NCBI GenBank assembly: GCA_919901555.1
Contig: CAKKPG010000132.1
Span: 13,957 to 77,956 of the forward strand
From: Nitrospiria bacterium
GTDB lineage: Bacteria > Nitrospirota > UBA9217
DNA length: 64,000 nucleotides
Direction of reading: 5' to 3'
Each line of letters begins with the position of its first letter. The first letter of the stretch is position 1. A program made the position numbers and the translations under genes. Shown piece after piece: positions 57,401 through 64,000 of this stretch. Under the pieces are notes generated by a model. The model saw nothing but the letters and a program-made list of their open reading frames with translations, searched no databases and was not told where the DNA came from.

Positions 57401-57611
57401 TCCGGTCTCCGTGACGGCCGGGACGACTTACACGGTGGCCGTCTATCTGGGGGGGGGCGGCGGGAGCTATCGGTACGGAATTTCGACGTTCCCCCAGACG
57501 TACGAAGACGTCACAATCACCGGTTCAACGTGGCTGTCCGGCAACGGGCGGCCCACGAATACGATAACGACGTACATGTACGGCCAGGTCGACGTGGAGT
57601 TTGAGCCGTAG
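54402..57611 (+). CDS. Secreted subtilisin-like serine peptidase (S8) with propeptide and four C-terminal ~147-aa tandem repeat domains
   Basis: 1069 aa; signal peptide; catalytic triad contexts AITDTGID (Asp), HGTSVAG (His), GGTSAASP (Ser); four repeats starting QTPW(K/L/M).NENGT.VTDIAW.YTMGY.FTP..G.I..L.GYFNG.KTVSLWN..TG.LLA...V.S.N.W...I.PV.V.AG.TYTVAVYLGGSGGSYR..I...P.TYGD.TI.GS.W..GNGRPT (nucleotide period ~441 bp; 55854-57608). Confidence 0.85.
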   Translation: MQRMKVLVKKAGFGLIGLMVFLIVASMAIAEERTLDGPIREVVNSAKARTLDAAGGGAIVQSAVVDRLNRGEETVDVIVLLKGYKEYVGKIKADKSAEMKKFQAEIRPRQDAVLKRLSRSQFTPKHRFDNILGFAGTVSRDGLEALAAMQEVESIEEDQKVEAHLAQGIPLMNGSHVRSSYDGAGVSIAITDTGIDYTHPMLGGAAFPNAKVIGGYDFGDSDADPMDCQGHGTSVAGIAAGTAAAGPGDYIGGVAPNARLYALKIVAGCSGSSAFSTIAAAWDWAVSHKNDDPANPILAINTSFGGGYYTAACDASIPTIAAAANNAAANGITLFSSSGNDGFSDGMGAPACVSNSLSVGAVYDANIGSRYWSPCTDLMTAPDQVTCYSNSANFLNILAPSNDAYTTAVGGGYRTNFGGTSAASPYSAGAGAVLQSYAKKTAGHYYSAAELRARLISTGDPVIDPKNGITKPRVNIGVAAVQLEQTPWKTNENGTVATDVAWNYTMGYHFTPVKDGHIRWLGGYFNGTKTVSLWNKATGALLASAVVTSSNGWGYTAIKAVPVTAGTTYTVAVYLGGSGGSYRYNIAPLPDTYGDVTINGSTYIAGNARPTNTYTTYMFGQADFGYVPASVQTPWLTNENGTLVTDIAWDYTMGYNFTPRKDGQITRLSGYFNGAKTVSLWNKATGELLAQQNVTSSNNWSSVDIDPVLLNAGVTYTVAVYLGGSGGSYRSGIAAFPQTYGDITIEGSAWLFGNGRPTNNYASIMYGQVDVGFSAFSGQTPWKRNENGTLVTDIAWDYTMGYHFTPKRSGTITWLGGYFNGTKTVYLWNKSTGALLAQATVSSANGWGYANIDPVRVTAGTTYTVAVYLAGSGGSYRYSITALPQTYGDITIEGTTWLVGNGRPTIDYAYNMYGQMDIGFVPDSSQTPWMNNENGTLVTDIAWDYTMGYHFIPARNGTISRLGGYFNGAKTVSLWDTATGTLLAQAPVTSSNAWSYVGISPVSVTAGTTYTVAVYLGGGGGSYRYGISTFPQTYEDVTITGSTWLSGNGRPTNTITTYMYGQVDVEFEP

Positions 57612-57850
57612 GACGTTGAAGTGAGGGGTCGGAAAGGGCTCAAACTGACTCTTGAGAACGGGAGACGCTGAATCTCCTGTCGGTAGAAAAAATCGAAAGC
57701 AGGCATGACCTGCCCCTCCTGTGGTTCACGCCGCAGGAGAGGCAGGGATTTTTTACGCAGGAACACAGAGTCACCTATTAATCTATCAGCGTCATTGCCG
57801 CTGCCGATCCTGAAGTTATTCTCCGGGATTACCGTTCTCTGATCGTTTCT

Positions 57851-57880
57851 TAAAAAAATGGCCCCGCAAGGGGGGCCATG
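57851..57880 (-). terminator. Rho-independent terminator of leuA (GGCCCCCCTTGCGGGGCC hairpin followed by a T-run on the minus strand)
   Basis: Plus strand aaaaaaatggccccgcaaggggggccat; reads as hairpin + TTTTTTT on the coding strand of leuA. Confidence 0.65.
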
Positions 57881-57971
57881 TGATTAGTGGGTCAGATGCG
57901 GGATTCTTCGCTTCGCTCAGAATGACAACATGACTACGCTTTGTTCATTCGCGTCAATTCGCGGCGGAAAA

Positions 57972-59498
57972 TCAGCTTTTCCCCTTCCCCTTCTTCCAGT
58001 ACTCCAGCTTGTTCAAGGCATTCACGTACGCCTTGGCGCTGGCGACAATAATGTCCGTGTCCGCGCCGTGGCCGGTGGCCTTCTTGCCGCCTTCCTCGAG
58101 CTTCACTGTCACCTCACCGAGAGCGTCCGTGCCGCCGGTGATGCCCTTGACGAGATAGGCGTCAAGCTTGCTCTTTGTATTGGTGATGGCGGCGATCGTC
58201 TTGTACACCGCATCCACCTGACCGTCGCCGTGGCCCGTCTGCTTGTCGGATTTGCCGTTAATCTCCATCTCCACCGTGGCCGTGGGTGTAACGCCCGTGC
58301 CGCTTTCGGCCCGGAGGCTTTTCAGGATATAGACTTCCTTAATATGCTGCACTTCGTCCGAGATGATTGCTTCAAGGTCTTCATCGAAGACCTCTTTCTT
58401 CTGGTCCGCAAGCCGCTTGAACCGCTCGAAGGCCCTGTTCAGGTCCTCGTCCGAAAGCTCGTACCCGATCTCCTTGAGCCGGTCGCGGAAGGCGTGCCTG
58501 CCTGAGTGCTTGCCCAGAACAAGATTCGTTTTCACCAGACCGATGGACTCCGGCCGCATGATCTCATAGGTAGTCCGTTCCTTCAAGAGCCCGTCCTGGT
58601 GGATTCCGGATTCATGCGCGAACGCATTCGCGCCCACGATCGCCTTGTTCGGCTGCACCTGAATGCCCGTGATCTTCGTCACGAGCCTGCTCGAGCGGAT
58701 GATCTCCTCGCTGTGGATTCCGGTATCGGCGTTAAAGAAATCCTTCCTCGTACGCAGCGCCATCACCACCTCTTCCAAAGAGCAGTTGCCTGCCCGCTCG
58801 CCGATGCCGTTGATGGTGCACTCCACCTGTGTCGCGCCGTTCCGGATGGCAGAGAGCACATTCGCGACAGCCAAGCCAAGGTCATTGTGGCAGTGAACGG
58901 AGATCGTAGCCTTATCGATATTTTTGACCCTGGTCTTGATCTCTTTAATGAGCGCGCCGAACTCCTCGGGCATGGCATAGCCCACCGTATCGGGAATGTT
59001 CACGGTCGAAGCGCCTGCCGCGATCACGGCTTCCACCACCTCAAGGAGGTATGTCACATCGGTCCGCGTGGCATCCATGGGCGAGAACTCCACGTCCTCC
59101 ACGTAGGACCGGGCATGCGTGACCATGTCCACGGAACGCTTGAGCGCTTCCTCGCGCGAAATCCGGTACTGATGCTTCAAATGGATATCGGACGTCGAGT
59201 GGAAGGTGTGGATACGTTTCTTCGGCGCGTCCTTGAGCGCTTCCCAGGCGCGGTCGATGTCTTCCTTTTTCGCCCGTGCGAGACTGCAGATCACCGGCCC
59301 TTCCACTTCGGCGCCGATCCGTTTGATGGCCTCGAAGTCGCCGGGCGAGCTGATGGCGAACCCGGCCTCGATGATGTCCACCCCCAGCCGGGCGAGCTGC
59401 TTTGCGAGGGTGATCTTCTCCTCGACGTTCATGCTCGCGCCCGGGGACTGCTCACCGTCGCGGAGCGTGGTATCGAATATTTTGATGGTCCTGCTCAT
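57972..59498 (-). CDS. leuA: 2-isopropylmalate synthase
   Basis: 508 aa; IFDTTLRDGEQSPGASM, HCHNDLGLAVAN, C-terminal LeuA regulatory domain. Confidence 0.9.
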   Translation of the reverse strand: MSRTIKIFDTTLRDGEQSPGASMNVEEKITLAKQLARLGVDIIEAGFAISSPGDFEAIKRIGAEVEGPVICSLARAKKEDIDRAWEALKDAPKKRIHTFHSTSDIHLKHQYRISREEALKRSVDMVTHARSYVEDVEFSPMDATRTDVTYLLEVVEAVIAAGASTVNIPDTVGYAMPEEFGALIKEIKTRVKNIDKATISVHCHNDLGLAVANVLSAIRNGATQVECTINGIGERAGNCSLEEVVMALRTRKDFFNADTGIHSEEIIRSSRLVTKITGIQVQPNKAIVGANAFAHESGIHQDGLLKERTTYEIMRPESIGLVKTNLVLGKHSGRHAFRDRLKEIGYELSDEDLNRAFERFKRLADQKKEVFDEDLEAIISDEVQHIKEVYILKSLRAESGTGVTPTATVEMEINGKSDKQTGHGDGQVDAVYKTIAAITNTKSKLDAYLVKGITGGTDALGEVTVKLEEGGKKATGHGADTDIIVASAKAYVNALNKLEYWKKGKGKS

Positions 59499-59612
59499 AG
59501 TGTCCTCCGCATCCTAACACATGAAGGGTGAAAATAGATATTGAGATATTAAGACATTTAGGGAATCGAAGGCTGACTGCTTAATATCTTAATCCCTCAA
59601 TCGCTGAATATC

Positions 59613-60362
59613 TTACGAAGCGGTGGCCTTCCGTCTTCTCAGAAGTCCGAAGAGCGCCTCGCCGATGCCCGCGAGGACATAGGAGAGGATGATGAGGAAC
59701 AGCACGAGGGCGGGATGGTAGGCCACGACCGCGAGAAGCGCCGCAATGACAACAAGGAGACCGAAAGGCCGGCGCTCCTTCAGGTTGGCCTCCTTCAGGC
59801 TGTGATAGGTAATATTGCTCACCATGAGGCCGGCCAGAGTGAACGTGAGCGCCAGGATCCAGTAATCCGCGCTGACCGCATCGGCCAGCCAGGGGAGCTG
59901 GAGGTTCCGCAGGATCTCGAGGAGCTCATCATAGGCCAGCACGGTCGTGGCGATCATCAGGGCAGCCGCCGGCGTGGGCATGCCCGTAAAGTGTTTTTTC
60001 TCCGTACTGCCCATCTGGACGTTGAAGCGGGCGAGCCGGAGCGCGGCGCAGGCCACGAGGAAGAACGCCCCCGTCCACCCGATGCGGCCGAAGGACCGCA
60101 GCGCCCAGCTGTACACCAGGATGCCGGGCGCCACGCCGAAGGAGATCACGTCCGCAAGGGAGTCGATCTCGATCCCGAAGCGCGTCGCGGTATGCGTGAT
60201 CCTCGCCACCCACCCGTCGAGCACGTCGAAGACGGAGGCGGCCAGGATGGCCCATGCCGCGGTGGTATATTCCGAATTGAACGAGGCCGCAATGGAGTAG
60301 AACCCGAAGAACATGCTCGTGAGCGTCATCAGATTCGGGAGGATGTAGATGCCCTTTCTCAT
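59613..60362 (-). CDS. pssA: CDP-diacylglycerol--serine O-phosphatidyltransferase (CDP-alcohol phosphatidyltransferase family)
   Basis: 249 aa from MRKGIYILPNLMT...; DVLDGWVARITHTATRFGIEIDSLADVISFG matches D-x2-DG-x2-AR...G-x3-D-x3-D. ORF-track N-terminal extension rejected. Confidence 0.85.
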   Translation of the reverse strand: MRKGIYILPNLMTLTSMFFGFYSIAASFNSEYTTAAWAILAASVFDVLDGWVARITHTATRFGIEIDSLADVISFGVAPGILVYSWALRSFGRIGWTGAFFLVACAALRLARFNVQMGSTEKKHFTGMPTPAAALMIATTVLAYDELLEILRNLQLPWLADAVSADYWILALTFTLAGLMVSNITYHSLKEANLKERRPFGLLVVIAALLAVVAYHPALVLFLIILSYVLAGIGEALFGLLRRRKATAS

Positions 60363-61003
60363 TTGAGCACCCCGATGACGTCCCGCGCGCCTTTGATCCG
60401 GTCGCCCACCTTGACCCTGAGCTCGGCGCTTTTCGGCAGGAACAGGTCGACCCGCGAGCCGAAGCGGATGAGGCCGTAGCGTTCTCCCGTCTTGAGCGTG
60501 TCCCCCGGCTTTGCATAGCACACGATGCGCCTGGCGATGAGCCCGGCGATCTGCTTCACCAGGATCTTGTCCTTGCCGTTCGCGATCACCACGGCCGTCT
60601 GCTCGTTATCGAGCGAGGCCTTGTCCGCCGAGGCAACGTGGAATTTGCCGGGGTTATATTTCACGGCCTCGACGGAGCCCCCGAAGGGCGCACGGTTCAC
60701 GTGTACGTTGAACACGGACAGGAAGATGCTGATCTGCTTCACGTCCTGCTTGAGGTAGGTGGGCTCGTACACGTCCTTGATCACGATCACCCTGCCGTCG
60801 GCGGGAGAGACCACGATCCCCTTGCCCTGGGGTATGGTGCGCTCGGGGTCGCGAAAAAAGAACAGGACGAAGAGCGTGAGCACGAGCGAGACAGCGCCGG
60901 CATTCTTCCAGCCCTGCACAAAGAGAAGCGCCGTCAGCAGGGTCAGCGGAATAATGAACGGCCAACCTTCCGAGGCAACGGGTATTCCGTAGTTTTTCAT
61001 CAT
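60359..61003 (-). CDS. psd: Phosphatidylserine decarboxylase proenzyme (short archaeal/Psd-related type)
   Basis: ~214 aa; GERYGLIRFGSRVDLFLP (self-cleavage G-S region), N-terminal TM; 4-nt overlap with pssA. Confidence 0.8.
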   Translation of the reverse strand: MMKNYGIPVASEGWPFIIPLTLLTALLFVQGWKNAGAVSLVLTLFVLFFFRDPERTIPQGKGIVVSPADGRVIVIKDVYEPTYLKQDVKQISIFLSVFNVHVNRAPFGGSVEAVKYNPGKFHVASADKASLDNEQTAVVIANGKDKILVKQIAGLIARRIVCYAKPGDTLKTGERYGLIRFGSRVDLFLPKSAELRVKVGDRIKGARDVIGVLK

Positions 61004-61021
61004 AATCAATAAAAACCTTAC

Positions 61022-61113
61022 CCGCCACAAAGGCACTAAGGCACTAAGAAATTCAAACTTTTAAATTCTTTCCCCTGGATTTATACTTCGTGTCTTCGTG
61101 ACTTCGTGGCAAA
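61022..61113. repeat. Palindromic GCCAC-(heptamer)n element between psd and ilvC (GCCACAAAGGCACTAAGGCACTAAG ... CTTCGTGTCTTCGTGACTTCGTGGC)
   Basis: Arms approximately reverse-complementary with a 7-nt internal periodicity; same architecture as the 48537-48642 element. Confidence 0.65.
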
Positions 61114-61125
61114 TCTTCTTTGAGA

Positions 61126-62917
<1,792 letters not shown>

Positions 62918-62918
<1 letters not shown>

Positions 62919-63391
62919 TACTCGCGGGTGATCGCCACTTTGCCGGTACGGACGATCTCCTTGATGCCGATGGGGCGCAGCAGCTCGATGAACGCCTCGA
63001 TCTTTTTCTCATCGCCCGTAACCTGAAAGGTATAGGTCTTGATCGTCGAGTCCACCACGCGGGCGCGGAAGATATCGGCGATCCGGAGCGCCTCGCCCCG
63101 GTGCTCGGCAGGCGCATTGACCTTGATGAGGCACATCTCCCGCTCCACGAACTCCTTCTCGGCAAAGTCCGTGACCTTGATGACGTCAATGAGCTTGTTG
63201 AGCTGCTTGATGATCTGTTCGAGGATGCGTTCGTCGCCCGTGGTCACGATGGTCATCTGGGAAATCGAAGGGTCGAGCGTGGGGCCGATGGAGATCGTCT
63301 CAATATTGAATCCCCTGCCGCTGAACAGCCCCGATACCCGCGACAGCACGCCGAATTTGTTTTCCACCAGCACTGATATGATATGTTTCAT
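62918..63391 (-). CDS. ilvN: Acetolactate synthase small (regulatory) subunit
   Basis: 157 aa; [41 protein letters not shown] domain start typical of IlvH/IlvN. Confidence 0.9.
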
Positions 63392-63504
63392 CTACTCACC
63401 TTTTGGATCGAGGCAACCGCCTGCGCCCAGCGTTTATGAGTGCAAAGCGCGAATGCAGGGTGTGTTGCCGTACTTGACGCCGACACGGTCGGCTTGGTCC
63501 ACAT

Positions 63505-64000
63505 TTACTTCACCGCCTTGAGCCTCTTTTCCTCTTTCTTCTTTTCCTCGCCGAAGATCATCTCATTGATGGACGCGCCCGCAGGCACCATGGGGAAGAC
63601 CTTTTCATACCGGTCGATGACGAAGTCCATGAACACGGGCTTCTTGACCTTGAGCGCCTCCTTGAGCACCGCGGCGACTTCGGAAGGCTTCTCCGCGCGC
63701 AGCCCCACCGCCCCGTAGGCCTCGGCAAGCTTGACGAAGTCCGGCGTGCTCCCCAGGTCGGTGGATGAATACCGCTCGCCGTAGAACAGCTCCTGCCACT
63801 GCCGCACCATGCCGAGGTACCGGTTGTTCAGGATCGCCACCTTCACGGGGATGTTGTTCTCCACGGCCGTGCCCAGTTCCTGGATGTTCATCTGGATGCT
63901 GCCGTCTCCGGAGATGCTGAACACGGTCTTTTCGGGGTGCGCCACCTTGGCGCCGATGGCCGCCGGGAACCCGTACCCCATGGTGCCGAGGCCGCCGGAG
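63505..64000 (-). CDS. ilvB: Acetolactate synthase large subunit, C-terminal part (gene continues beyond the window end)
   Basis: TPP-binding [14 protein letters not shown].. and C-terminal region; the first Met in the ORF track is internal, since the ORF is open to the window edge. Confidence 0.8.
   Translation of the reverse strand, partial: SGGLGTMGYGFPAAIGAKVAHPEKTVFSISGDGSIQMNIQELGTAVENNIPVKVAILNNRYLGMVRQWQELFYGERYSSTDLGSTPDFVKLAEAYGAVGLRAEKPSEVAAVLKEALKVKKPVFMDFVIDRYEKVFPMVPAGASINEMIFGEEKKKEEKRLKAVK

Noticed and set aside
58506-59531. 341-aa plus-strand ORF
   Set aside because: Antisense to leuA.

Overview
High-GC (about 60-65%) chromosomal segment with deltaproteobacterial-style content: multiheme cytochrome, NuoEFG-like flavin oxidoreductase module, BamD, and an ilvBN-ilvC-psd-pssA-leuA ... 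leuCDB arrangement. Almost all genes are on the minus strand. Core features: a partial NuoG/FdhA-like Fe-S subunit with a small ferredoxin, NuoF-like and NuoE-like subunits; glgC; nitroreductase; aroG; polysaccharide deacetylase; tsaD; DoxX; sirC; bamD; tRNA-Leu(CAG); pyrE/pyrF; suhB; a decaheme cytochrome c; two different-type asd paralogs in tandem; leuB/leuD/leuC; leuA; pssA/psd; ilvC/ilvN/ilvB (partial). Accessory material is interleaved: (i) an operon encoding a DUF4384-like lipoprotein, a secreted 14-blade WD40 protein with a C-terminal caspase (C14) domain, and two hypotheticals, preceded by a long simple-sequence-repeat tract; (ii) a low-GC islet with an orphan antitoxin, a gamma-class N6-adenine methyltransferase, a small PD-(D/E)xK-like protein and an HhH-glycosylase-like protein; (iii) a DUF898 zinc-ribbon membrane protein translationally coupled to an M48 peptidase; (iv) a DUF4160/DUF2442 pair; (v) a 1388-aa double 'CoA-substrate-specific enzyme activase' fusion; (vi) an ~8 kb insertion between leuA and leuC carrying MITEs, small secreted proteins, a tyrosine-phosphatase, a PLA2-like protein, a ParE-type TA pair, and a 1069-aa subtilase with four ~147-aa tandem C-terminal repeats, the latter flanked by an imperfect direct duplication of the leuA 3' end plus terminator. 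Several families of small palindromic (MITE/REP-like) repeats and two heptanucleotide/octanucleotide SSR tracts occupy intergenic regions. Many long antisense 'shadow' ORFs in the six-frame track are rejected. All calls come from reading the sequence and translations; no database search was run.
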